A stretch of 64,000 nucleotides of DNA from Alphaproteobacteria bacterium (GTDB lineage: Bacteria > Pseudomonadota > Alphaproteobacteria > GCA-2731375): NCBI GenBank assembly GCA_965232515.1, contig CBDDPY010000002.1, positions 1,312,001-1,376,000 on the forward strand, written 5' to 3'. Positions 50,014 to 58,406 of this stretch are shown here, one piece after another. The position numbers were made by a program, and so were the translations under genes. Below the pieces are notes generated by a model. It did no database searches. It had not been told where the DNA came from and saw only the letters and a program-made list of their open reading frames with translations. Each line of letters starts with the position of its first letter. Within the stretch, counting starts at the first letter, position 1.

Positions 50014-50363
50014 ACGCGCAAGAGGCACAACGGAAGATCCGCGCCATCCTGGCCGACAAGGATCACGCCTATCACGATTCTCGTAGTCCACAGCATCAAG
50101 ACGCTGTGGACGTGATGCAGGGGCTTTACGAGATCGTCTATCCGGTCAGCGAGCCCGAGCCCGGCGGGCAGCGGTTCGCCGAGCTGGCGCAATCCCAGAT
50201 CCGGAAGAAGGAAAGCGATCCCGACTTCATGGCGGCGTACCGCGAACCCGGCCACGCCGATCACGCGCAGGCGGTCGAGACCATGAACCGGCTTTACCGC
50301 GAGGCGCACCCGGAGCCCTCGATCGAGGAAGGGTTCGCAGACGCAGGAGGGCCCGAGCAATGA
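50010..50363 (+). CDS. Protein with two tandem copies of a podovirus scaffold C-terminal-like motif
   Basis: Internal repeat AQ..IR....D...AY......H..AV..M..LY....P; AAGGAG RBS and ATGA overlap at 50010. Confidence 0.7.
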   Translation: MNAQEAQRKIRAILADKDHAYHDSRSPQHQDAVDVMQGLYEIVYPVSEPEPGGQRFAELAQSQIRKKESDPDFMAAYREPGHADHAQAVETMNRLYREAHPEPSIEEGFADAGGPEQ

Positions 50364-50803
50364 CCATGAGCGGCGTTGCAACCGGCGGCCTGGGCAGCAT
50401 CGGAGACCAGCAGCACAAGCCCGATGACTTCCAGGCACTCTTGGAGACGTACGGCACCGCCTCGGCGGCCGGCGACTACAAGCACTTCAGCGAAGCGGTT
50501 GGGGACAGGCTGGTTGAAGCCGGCGTGCTGGACGAAAATAGCCCTTGGCTGACGACGTTCGTCTTGCAGGCGCAGGCGGCGGCAAAGCTCCGGGAAGTCG
50601 TCGACGGACGCGGCGAAGTGGTGCGGGATTTCGGCGGGCTCGCCATGTTCCTAAGTGATCGCGCGATGATCGGTGGCGACGAAGGGCGTCGGCTACTGCT
50701 CGAGTACGCAGACTTCCGCCAGGCGTTCGCAAAGGCATGCCGGGACGAGCTGGAAGCCCGAAGCGGACAACCAGGCTACGAAGCACCGGACGACGCCGCA
50801 TGA
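50360..50803 (+). CDS. Hypothetical protein
   Basis: ATGA-coupled on both sides; AGGAGG RBS. Confidence 0.7.
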   Translation: MTMSGVATGGLGSIGDQQHKPDDFQALLETYGTASAAGDYKHFSEAVGDRLVEAGVLDENSPWLTTFVLQAQAAAKLREVVDGRGEVVRDFGGLAMFLSDRAMIGGDEGRRLLLEYADFRQAFAKACRDELEARSGQPGYEAPDDAA

Positions 50804-51312
50804 CCACTGCGCCCGCTACAGTCGATTATCGCGCGCGCTCGCGGCGGCCCGTCATCCGGGAAGCGACGGCCGCCGACGTGCCCGAGCTGGTGCGCCTGGG
50901 CGCCGAGATGCACGCGGAGTCGCCGGCCTATTCCTGGCTGCCGTTCGACGACGTGCTGGCGCTCGCGAACGGGCATCGCTGGGTGATGAGCGACGAACAC
51001 TTGGTGCTGACGGCCGACGATGACGGCGACCTGTTCGGCGTGCTGGTCGGGCACCTCGGACGGTTCTTCTTCTCGCGCCGGCTGATCGCCTCCGACATCG
51101 TGCTCTATGTCCGCGCCGAACGCCGCGGCGGCCTGGCGGCGAGCCGGATGGTCAAGCGCTTCCGGGACTGGGCGACAGAGCGCGGCGCCGCCGAGATGTG
51201 TATCGGGGTAAGCGCCGGCATCGATAGCGAGCGTATCGGCCGCTGGCTGGAAGCGATGGGAATGGACATCGGCGCGGTCACGTACAAGAGGCGGCTCGAT
51301 GTCACTCCATGA
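50800..51312 (+). CDS. Phage-type GNAT acetyltransferase
   Basis: IREATAADVP, LYVRAERRGG..A..M, start ATG 50800. Confidence 0.82.
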   Translation: MTTAPATVDYRARSRRPVIREATAADVPELVRLGAEMHAESPAYSWLPFDDVLALANGHRWVMSDEHLVLTADDDGDLFGVLVGHLGRFFFSRRLIASDIVLYVRAERRGGLAASRMVKRFRDWATERGAAEMCIGVSAGIDSERIGRWLEAMGMDIGAVTYKRRLDVTP

Positions 51313-52018
51313 ACTCGGACCACCGTTCGGCGATGATGGCGCGTGCGATCGGGATTGCGGTGGCGCGGTCCATGCCCGGCCGCAGTCGGTCGTCGTAGAG
51401 CGTGGCGAGGAGCAGCCTGTCAGCCGGGGTGAGCTCGAAAACCGTATCGGCTTCGCAGATGACGGACGGACGGTAGTGGCAGGCGTCGGCCGGCAGGCCC
51501 ATCGCCTGATAGATCTCCTCAAGGATGCAGTCGCGCTGGTCTCGTTCCGAGATGTCGGCGCCGATCAGCACAAGCGCGCCGATCACCTCGCCGTTGCCGC
51601 GTTGCGTGGCGATGTGCACCAGGCAAAGCGATGCGTTGATTTCATCGCCGGCACTTACCCATGTTGGCTGCACCTGACGAAATTGCCGGCGCGGCATAAC
51701 GGCGATTTGGAAATTGACCTGATCGTCGCGGACGGCGCTCCGGTTCCAGCCGAGACCGGTTGCTACGGCGATGTCATCCATGCTGGCTTTGAGGAAGGCG
51801 TCATGCAGGGCAAGGCTCGTTCGAGCGGCCTCACTGTCGACCCATCCAACGACTGGTTCGTTGGGCCAGCGCCGCATGGTGTCTTGGCCAACGCCGAAAT
51901 CATTACCGAAAGCGGCCACTTCGAATTGCCGGGCCACGTTCTCGGGTGTCGGCGTAATCGGCTCCGGGCCAGTCGACACGCAACCGGCGAGCAAGAGAGC
52001 GGCGAGCAGCACACGCAT
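51302..52018 (-). CDS. DUF2927-like lipoprotein
   Basis: Lipobox LLAGC; CILEEIYQAMGLPAD..S; D..LL..LYD.RLRPGM. Confidence 0.75.
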   Translation of the reverse strand: MRVLLAALLLAGCVSTGPEPITPTPENVARQFEVAAFGNDFGVGQDTMRRWPNEPVVGWVDSEAARTSLALHDAFLKASMDDIAVATGLGWNRSAVRDDQVNFQIAVMPRRQFRQVQPTWVSAGDEINASLCLVHIATQRGNGEVIGALVLIGADISERDQRDCILEEIYQAMGLPADACHYRPSVICEADTVFELTPADRLLLATLYDDRLRPGMDRATAIPIARAIIAERWSEFME

Positions 52019-52056
52019 GCCGCAACCATATAGGCGCGAACAAAGGAGACGCAATC

Positions 52057-52890
52057 ATGTGTGGTACAGGCGGTGAAGGCGACAACGGCGGCGATGCCGA
52101 AGTTGACATTGAAGCGCAGGCATTCGGCGTTGGCCCGGTCGGGCAGACGGGGCCGGCACCGGGACCAGGGAATGAGCCGGGCGGGCCGTCGGACAATCCG
52201 GGTCCGGGTCAGTTTGGCGGCATCGGCGCGCCGGGCACGTCCGGGAATTTCGGCGGTGTCGGCGGTCCTGCCGATCTTGAAGCCGATCAAGCCGGGCGGA
52301 ACCCTGGCGCGCTGTCGCCGGGTAAGGGACCAGGGCCGAGCAGCAACACAGTGGGCAAGGTCATCAAAAATGTCTTGCCGTTCGGTGTGCCGCCGGCCGC
52401 TCTCGATCCGTTGGCCGAGAAGGGCGGCCGCGCAATAACAGGCCTTATCGAGGGCATAACCGGAGCGAAGGGCCAAGCCCCCGGCCAAGGCCCCAGCACA
52501 GGCAGCGAAGGCGGTCCCGCGAGCGATTTCGGCGAGAGCGGTAACTTCGGCGGTGTTGGCTTTGGTGGCGGAAACACTGGCGGCGACGGTGCGGTTGATA
52601 ATGGCGCTTCCCGACCGCTGGCAACGTCCGTGCAGACAGCCGAGCGTCAAATCGCGAACCAGCTCGGGCGGCCGGCGCCGCCGGCACGCGCCCCTGCGCT
52701 TGACCTGCCGAGCTCGAACATTGACGAGATCCGTGCCGAGCTGGAAGCAGAGAAAGACGCCCGCCGACGCCGGCGGCGCGCGACACGCGATTCAACGATC
52801 GTGACCGGTCCGCTCGGCGTGCCTGGGCAACCGGAGCTGCTGTTCACTCGCGCGATCCCCGGCGCGTCGCGTCGCCTTTTGGGGCAGTGA
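52057..52890 (+). CDS. Gly/Pro-rich protein with MC start and podovirus virion-protein-like C-terminus
   Basis: AAGGAG RBS; ends RRRRRATRDSTIVTGPLGV...RRLLGQ. Confidence 0.7.
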   Translation: MCGTGGEGDNGGDAEVDIEAQAFGVGPVGQTGPAPGPGNEPGGPSDNPGPGQFGGIGAPGTSGNFGGVGGPADLEADQAGRNPGALSPGKGPGPSSNTVGKVIKNVLPFGVPPAALDPLAEKGGRAITGLIEGITGAKGQAPGQGPSTGSEGGPASDFGESGNFGGVGFGGGNTGGDGAVDNGASRPLATSVQTAERQIANQLGRPAPPARAPALDLPSSNIDEIRAELEAEKDARRRRRRATRDSTIVTGPLGVPGQPELLFTRAIPGASRRLLGQ

Positions 52891-52892
52891 CG

Positions 52893-53198
52893 ATGGCCGA
52901 CGACGACAAGGTGGTCGAACTCAGCGACTCGCGCGGCGATCAGATCCAGGCCGATCAGCAATTCCTGCTCGACGAGCTACGCAAGTCTGCAGCAGCGGCG
53001 GCGGACATCCCCGATCTGGCCGGCTTCGCCCTGATCGCCTGGGACGGCGAGGCGAAGCCCTACACGCTGGTGAACCTCGGCGCGACCGTTAATCCGACCG
53101 TGCCGCGGCAGCTAATCCCGGCCTATGTGCAGATCGTCATGCAGCAGTGGCACGCGCTGTGCTGCGAGCAGGAGCGGTTAGATGGCAGTGAACTGTAA
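52893..53198 (+). CDS. Hypothetical protein
   Basis: Immediately follows the previous stop; LAGFALIAWD motif; alternative GTG start 52887. Confidence 0.65.
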   Translation: MADDDKVVELSDSRGDQIQADQQFLLDELRKSAAAAADIPDLAGFALIAWDGEAKPYTLVNLGATVNPTVPRQLIPAYVQIVMQQWHALCCEQERLDGSEL

Positions 53199-53247
53199 TT
53201 GACGCCGCTACAAACTTCCTAGTCGGTCATCGACGTCCAGTTGAGCT

Positions 53248-53592
53248 TCATTCAATACGCCAAGAATGGTCTGGATCAGGCACAAAAGTCACTCCAGATC
53301 CACTACCAACTCCGATTCCCCCCGTTTCATCCGGAATCAAGGATCCCTCATGTTTGGAATAACGGATCATCACCAGCCAACCGTTTGGCACTGAAACCCT
53401 CCAAAGCTCGTAGCACGTCGGTTGAGGTCGAATCTCGCTACCACAATCTCTCTCAATAACCTCCCATAATAGGCGGTACTGACCTGCAGACTGACCTGCA
53501 GCCGGCGCAGATATCAGCAGCAAACTCGCTGAGATAGCTGCGATGGCAATGGGAATCCCTAAAACTAGCGAGGCACGCATCGGATTGCTCAC
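53248..53592 (-). CDS. Small secreted hypothetical protein (lower-GC cargo)
   Basis: Signal peptide; R..VPNGWLV and FVPDP.H.W motifs; GTGA-coupled to the upstream Cys-rich gene. Confidence 0.65.
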   Translation of the reverse strand: MSNPMRASLVLGIPIAIAAISASLLLISAPAAGQSAGQYRLLWEVIERDCGSEIRPQPTCYELWRVSVPNGWLVMIRYSKHEGSLIPDETGGIGVGSGSGVTFVPDPDHSWRIE

Positions 53593-53909
53593 TCACATCC
53601 GTCAAAGGGATCGCAAAAACAGCCGATCGGGCAATCCCCAGAGTGCTGACAGTACTGACCAACGCAACTCGTTGCCACAAGCTCATCAAATGACCGCAGC
53701 TCGTCCGGGCACCACGTAGCACGAATACAATTTGCCGAGCGCGCATGGGCCTCAGCAAACGAAAGTCCCTGTACATGGATTTTCTTTCGTGCGAGCGGTC
53801 CAGATTCTGGGTCTGCCACAAGGTATATCCCCGTGCCACTCATCTCGTTTTTGTTCTGGTTCGGCTGAACATACTTTGCAACTTCAGGATGAAGTTCGAA
53901 GGTCGGCAT
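53589..53909 (-). CDS. Small protein with a six-Cys C-terminal peptide
   Basis: GGGAGG RBS, ATG 53909; ends CVGQYCQHSGDCPIGCFCDPFDGCE. Confidence 0.65.
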   Translation of the reverse strand: MPTFELHPEVAKYVQPNQNKNEMSGTGIYLVADPESGPLARKKIHVQGLSFAEAHARSANCIRATWCPDELRSFDELVATSCVGQYCQHSGDCPIGCFCDPFDGCE

Positions 53910-54336
53910 AGCTACCTCCCGGCCAAATTGTCGAACACCATTTGATACTAGCAACCTTAGATTTTATAACAAACACCTGTAGCTATGAAACGGCAATTTG
54001 CCGGTAGACAGGTTTCCCCAATGCGCGAGCCTGCATCGGCGTCACCATGAACCCGTCGTGCTAGAGCACCTAATTTCGACCTACGTAAGGGACGTCATGC
54101 AGACATGGCACGGGCCGGCGTGCGGCCAGGAGCGGCTCGACGCCGGCAAGTCAGGGGGGAGAGAAGTAGCCCAGGCAGTCCCTTGCCGCTGTGGCGCGAA
54201 ACCTCGGCCAGAGAGGGGTGCTCTGTGGGGCATCCTTGGGCATGGAGAAAGAAAACAGGGAGGGCACCCACCTTGTTTTCGAAACTGCCGTCGATAATGA
54301 ACAGTGACGACCACAGAGCTTGCCAAGTGGGCGATG

Positions 54337-54546
54337 TTAGAGGCGCATGAACTGAACGAACGCCTGAATGGCGAACCCCGATACTACCAGCAGGAATCCA
54401 TAGAATTGGCGGTCGAACCGCTGTCCGCCACCGCTCCAGAACGGCCGGCGGTCCGGCGCCCTCAGTAGATGGTAGCCGAGAACTGCAAAGCCCACGCCGT
54501 CGCAGAGCAGCCCGACGAGATTGATGAACCCCAAACTCACAATCAT
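54337..54546 (-). CDS. Small two-TM membrane protein
   Basis: Two hydrophobic segments; AAGGGG RBS. Confidence 0.55.
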   Translation of the reverse strand: MIVSLGFINLVGLLCDGVGFAVLGYHLLRAPDRRPFWSGGGQRFDRQFYGFLLVVSGFAIQAFVQFMRL

Positions 54547-54577
54547 TGTCGCCCCCTTCTGACGTTGGCGGAGATTG

Positions 54578-55105
54578 TTATGTCGATGGACTGTCTTCAG
54601 ATGTCACGCCTTCCACATCTGACATTTCGATCGGCGGTATTCGCAGGTACAGCGGCCGCCCAAACGTGTGGTAGATCACGCCATAGACACGCTCGGTATG
54701 GGACCATTCAATCAAGTCTTGTGTCTGCTGGCACTGCGACATGAATTTCTCGCCAACCTTAAGAACGTAAGGGAGTGGATAGACGTCGCCTGGATGCATC
54801 ACGACGGCTGCCTTAGTCGATTTGTTGAGAAGCCAACTCCACCAACCGTCATAACCGAGCAGACCGATGGTGGTTATGGTCGTTGGGGTGGAGCCCGTGT
54901 TGGCAACGTCAAAGATCACGTATTTAGTGTCTCTTTCGAAGCCTCGGCCCCCGGCGAAAATCATGTTCGGCCGTGCCCATCCCTGTAACCGCGGTCCCCT
55001 CGACCACCATTTGATGGCATCCCAAACCAACACGAACGTCGCAACAATCGCCGCATAGATCGCGACAGGGTCGATTTCGTCGGCCAGATCAAACGTAAGC
55101 TCCAT
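54578..55105 (-). CDS. Membrane-anchored hypothetical protein
   Basis: N-terminal TM (VAIYAAIVAT..LVW), then beta-rich domain with V.N.G..PTTI. Confidence 0.7.
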   Translation of the reverse strand: MELTFDLADEIDPVAIYAAIVATFVLVWDAIKWWSRGPRLQGWARPNMIFAGGRGFERDTKYVIFDVANTGSTPTTITTIGLLGYDGWWSWLLNKSTKAAVVMHPGDVYPLPYVLKVGEKFMSQCQQTQDLIEWSHTERVYGVIYHTFGRPLYLRIPPIEMSDVEGVTSEDSPST

Positions 55106-55174
55106 GCTGGCACCCGCCTTTTCGATTTACGTTCGGCGCAATCTACAACCGATAATACAACCTAGCGGGCATAG

Positions 55175-55198
55175 AAAAGGCCCCGCCGAAGCGGGGCC
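55175..55198 (-). terminator. Rho-independent terminator after the recombinase
   Basis: Minus strand GGCCCCGC-TTCG-GCGGGGCC-TTTT. Confidence 0.85.
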
Positions 55199-55240
55199 AG
55201 TAGAGTCTTGGTGCGGCGAGGAAAGCGCCGCGGGGCCAGC

Positions 55241-56203
55241 TTACACGCGGTTCTGCGCTGTCGCCAGCTTGGCCGCCGCACCGCGGCGAACCATCAGGTT
55301 CTCGGTGTAGCGCGACACCATCAGCGCCGTTTTCCAGCCGCCGGCCTGCATGATGCCCGGCAGCTCGATGCCAGCCGCGACCATGTCCTGAGCGCAGCCG
55401 ACGCGCGTTGAATGCCCGGAGATGTCCGAGACCAGCGAATCGGCAACGCCGGCAGTGGCGGCCATGCGCTTGTAGATCCGGGCCACGTCGCCGCCCCGGA
55501 GACGGCTGCAGACGGCGCCGCCGAGCCGGACGGACCGGAACAACGCGCCATGCGCGATGTCGGCCGCCCGCAGCCACGCCGAGAGGTGCGCCACAGTGTC
55601 AGCCGCCAGGTACCGCATGGAGCCTTCGCCGCTCTGGTCGGTTTTGCTGCGCCGAATGAGCGCCGTTCCGTCGCCGGCCTCGGTCACATCGATGTCGGCC
55701 ACGTCCAGCGCCACGAGCTCGCTGCGCCGCGCCAGCGTGTCATAGGCGACGGACAGCAGCGCACGGTTGCGAAGGCCGATCGGCGTGTCGGGACAGGCCG
55801 CGAGCATGCGGTCGACCAGCGGGCGTGTCAGCCCGGCCGCCTGCCGCTGCCGCCGGCCTTTCTCGCGGTGCATGCGCTTCATGGCGAGCTTGACGGACAG
55901 GTCATCGGTTGGCGTCGGCACGCCTGCCGCACGGTGGAACATGGCGATGCTCGACACGTACCGCTGCACCGTCGCCGGCGCCCGGGCCTCGGACATCGCG
56001 TCGATGAACGCCACCACGGCCGCAGGGGTCGCGGGGAGGGGCGTGAACCCCTCCCGTACGCACCAGGCCGTCCAGATGGCCGTATCGCTCTTGAGCGCCC
56101 GCTCCGTCGCTTCGGCATAGGCGCCGCGGGCCTGCTCGGCGTGCCGCTCGAGATTGGCCAGCACATCGGCCGGCAGCGGCGTGACGGTGGTGAGCGCGTT
56201 CAT
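55241..56203 (-). CDS. Cre-like tyrosine recombinase (resolvase type)
   Basis: SAM-like N-domain; RNRALL..YDTLARRSEL, RRSKTDQ.G.G, SGHSTRVG.AQD, GGWK, RY; no arm-binding domain; GGAGG RBS before 56203. Confidence 0.92.
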   Translation of the reverse strand: MNALTTVTPLPADVLANLERHAEQARGAYAEATERALKSDTAIWTAWCVREGFTPLPATPAAVVAFIDAMSEARAPATVQRYVSSIAMFHRAAGVPTPTDDLSVKLAMKRMHREKGRRQRQAAGLTRPLVDRMLAACPDTPIGLRNRALLSVAYDTLARRSELVALDVADIDVTEAGDGTALIRRSKTDQSGEGSMRYLAADTVAHLSAWLRAADIAHGALFRSVRLGGAVCSRLRGGDVARIYKRMAATAGVADSLVSDISGHSTRVGCAQDMVAAGIELPGIMQAGGWKTALMVSRYTENLMVRRGAAAKLATAQNRV

Positions 56204-56517
56204 GACGAGCCTCCAACACTCAGGCCGACACTCCACAAAAGGGGCAACGCCCTTGTCTCGGGTCCAGGCTGCCGGCCCTCGTCAACAGCGATGCGCCAGT
56301 ACCGCGCGTCGAAGTCGAACGGCGGCCGCAGCGGATCGGCGTTGAGCCGCCACGCCAACAATGACGCCTCCTCCTCAAGCCAAGCCCAGTATTTGCGCAA
56401 GGCCTCCTCGGACGGGCGTTCGATGGCGGCGACGATTTGCGGCTTGATGATGGCCGCCGTCGATGCGATGGCGCCCATACCTTTGACGACAGTGCGACGG
56501 GAAACGTTCGTTTTCAT
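56200..56517 (-). CDS. Small phage-type protein with twin-arginine-like N-terminus
   Basis: MKTNVSRRTVVKG; GGAGG RBS; ATGA-coupled to the recombinase. Confidence 0.65.
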   Translation of the reverse strand: MKTNVSRRTVVKGMGAIASTAAIIKPQIVAAIERPSEEALRKYWAWLEEEASLLAWRLNADPLRPPFDFDARYWRIAVDEGRQPGPETRALPLLWSVGLSVGGSS

Positions 56518-56528
56518 GGCCGCCTCCC

Positions 56529-57167
56529 TCACACCCAAGCCTTGCCGCAGGCCAGATACTCGACCGTCTGATTGCTGGCGATTTGCGCCCGGCACCCTTC
56601 CGCCGACTGTTGGGTAAACTCGTTGTCGGCAAGATCGTTTTCCCGGTCGTGGTTGTCTTCGGCCGGGTCGTCGTCTTCCAGCGGGTCGTCATCCTCGTTG
56701 TCGTGGTCAGGCTCCATGTCGGCGGCTTCGCTGCCGAACTCGGCCAGCCAGGCCAGCAACGGCGGCGTGACGGGAACGAGCAGGTAATCCAGATCGCCGT
56801 CGACGGGGATAAGGTCAGCGTCGGCGACCAGCGCGGCAACGACCAGCGTCGCCTTGTGCGCCATCTGCCGCCGCAAGATCGCCGCTTCACCGGTCATAGC
56901 GATGGCGATGTTGGTGGCGGCTGTCCGCCGGCCAGTCGGGGCGCACCGGTGGTACTTCAGCAGTCGCGCCAGCTTCAGCAGCACATGCCGTGTGAAGTCG
57001 AGCCCGATGTCGTCGTGCACGTCGAGCAGATCGGCCGGCACGTCCGGCAGAAGGTGCGGCAGGTGTTCTGCCCGGTCATAGGACCTGGCCGATTCGCGGA
57101 CGAAGTGCTTGCGCGACGCAATGCCGATCGCGCGGGCTTGCGCGGCAGCCATTTCGATGGGTGTCAT
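56529..57167 (-). CDS. Hypothetical protein with acidic repeat tail; first gene after the C4 leader
   Basis: Tail EPDHDNEDDDPLEDDDPAEDNHDRENDLAD; RBS overlaps a C4 target box. Confidence 0.65.
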   Translation of the reverse strand: MTPIEMAAAQARAIGIASRKHFVRESARSYDRAEHLPHLLPDVPADLLDVHDDIGLDFTRHVLLKLARLLKYHRCAPTGRRTAATNIAIAMTGEAAILRRQMAHKATLVVAALVADADLIPVDGDLDYLLVPVTPPLLAWLAEFGSEAADMEPDHDNEDDDPLEDDDPAEDNHDRENDLADNEFTQQSAEGCRAQIASNQTVEYLACGKAWV

Positions 57168-57219
57168 GATGATTTCCTACGTTTGGCTTTCTAGGCCATG
57201 CCAGCGGTCAGCGCTGGCG

Positions 57220-57293
57220 CCGGGAGCTAGAAACCGGACGTAGGACCGGCGGGCTTATTCCCCCGAAGGGTCTTGTATTCACCGCACTCCCGA
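57220..57293 (-). ncRNA. C4-like antisense RNA (P1 C4 / P4 CI type)
   Basis: Closing stem CGGGAG/CTCCCG, internal GAATACAAGACCC-TTCG-GGGGAATAAG, antisense boxes CCTACGT and GTTTCTAG complementary to flanking targets. Confidence 0.8.
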
Positions 57294-57370
57294 CAGAAGC
57301 CGGGCATAAATATACCGCCAAGACCGGTGGCGGGAACCGCCTACGTTAGGTGTTTCTAGCACCGTCGATA

Positions 57371-57399
57371 ATGATAGATATGGGGCACCTAGTTTGCAA
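57371..57399 (-). promoter_or_regulatory. Sigma70-type promoter of the C4 operon
   Basis: Minus strand TTGCAA-17 bp-TATCAT just upstream of the first target boxes. Confidence 0.7.
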
Positions 57400-57473
57400 C
57401 CCTCGGCTAGTACGCAATTGATCGGAAGATTGGATCGCGGCGAGACGCAACGCTCAAACCTCAGCAATCGGCC

Positions 57474-58226
57474 ATGATGACAGTCAACAACTTCTCAGAA
57501 CTGATCGACGGAATTTCGACGATCATCGATGCGCGGCCAAGTGAGACGTGGTGGTGGCGGGGTCACGCCAGGAAGGACTGGAGCTTGCGCCCGAGCGTTC
57601 ATCGAGGCGACCTCGGGCATCGGTATGAGCAGAACTCGTTGGCGACCTTTGTTCGGTACAGCTCTGCACGGCATGCGAACTGCCCTGCGCGCAATGACCT
57701 GCCATCGTGGGCATTCCTGATGCAGCACTACGGGGTGCCCACGCGCCTGTTGGACTGGTCGGAGTCCCCACTCATTGCCGTTTATTTTGCTGTCGCCAAC
57801 CAGGCACACGAAGCTGAGGCAGGGGTGTTGTCTGGGCTACTTCCCGGCCCCATGAACCATCATGAAGCCGGCCTAGCCGGAGTGATTGGCATTAACGGGG
57901 AACCAGCTCGTTCATTGTTCTTGGCCATGAGCGATGAACGAATTCATGAAAAGCACCAAGAAATCATCGCGATACAAGCAAACCAAATGGACCCGCGGAT
58001 GCTGGCGCAGCTTTCGCACTTCACGATCCATGGCCGCGCCACACCTATTGAGCAGATCGATGTCGCGGGTCAGGTCCTCTTCCAAATAGAGATAGCGCCG
58101 CAAGCCAAGGCCGGCATTCGTGAGAGGCTGAGGCAGTTCGGAGTGAGGGAAATGAATCTATTTCCGGATCTCGAACACCTCGCTAACGAGATTCGTGAAT
58201 TGCGGTGGAAAGCGCCCGAAAGCTGA
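57474..58226 (+). CDS. FRG-domain protein
   Basis: WWRGH....W.L.PS..R, MQHYGVPTRLLDWSESPLIA.YFA, RM.AQ...FT, LFPDL. Confidence 0.92.
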   Translation: MMTVNNFSELIDGISTIIDARPSETWWWRGHARKDWSLRPSVHRGDLGHRYEQNSLATFVRYSSARHANCPARNDLPSWAFLMQHYGVPTRLLDWSESPLIAVYFAVANQAHEAEAGVLSGLLPGPMNHHEAGLAGVIGINGEPARSLFLAMSDERIHEKHQEIIAIQANQMDPRMLAQLSHFTIHGRATPIEQIDVAGQVLFQIEIAPQAKAGIRERLRQFGVREMNLFPDLEHLANEIRELRWKAPES

Positions 58227-58406
58227 ACGTCCAACTCGGCGCGAACCGTTGCCAAAGAACAGCGCCATCTGCAACCCACATTGCAACCCAACTGCGAAGG
58301 AATTGCCGGGATGACCGGGGACGAAGCGAAACACCGGACGCCACGAAAGGCCCGGATTTCCTAACTCTCAGGGAAGTGAAGGGACAGCGCGGTACGGTTG
58401 TAATCA

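Noticed and set aside
52057-52890. Collagen-like repeat protein
   Set aside because: Gly/Pro-rich but without a sustained G-X-Y register
56230-56260. loxP-like site upstream of the Cre-like recombinase
   Set aside because: The palindrome is short and imperfect and lies within a coding region; not supportable by eye
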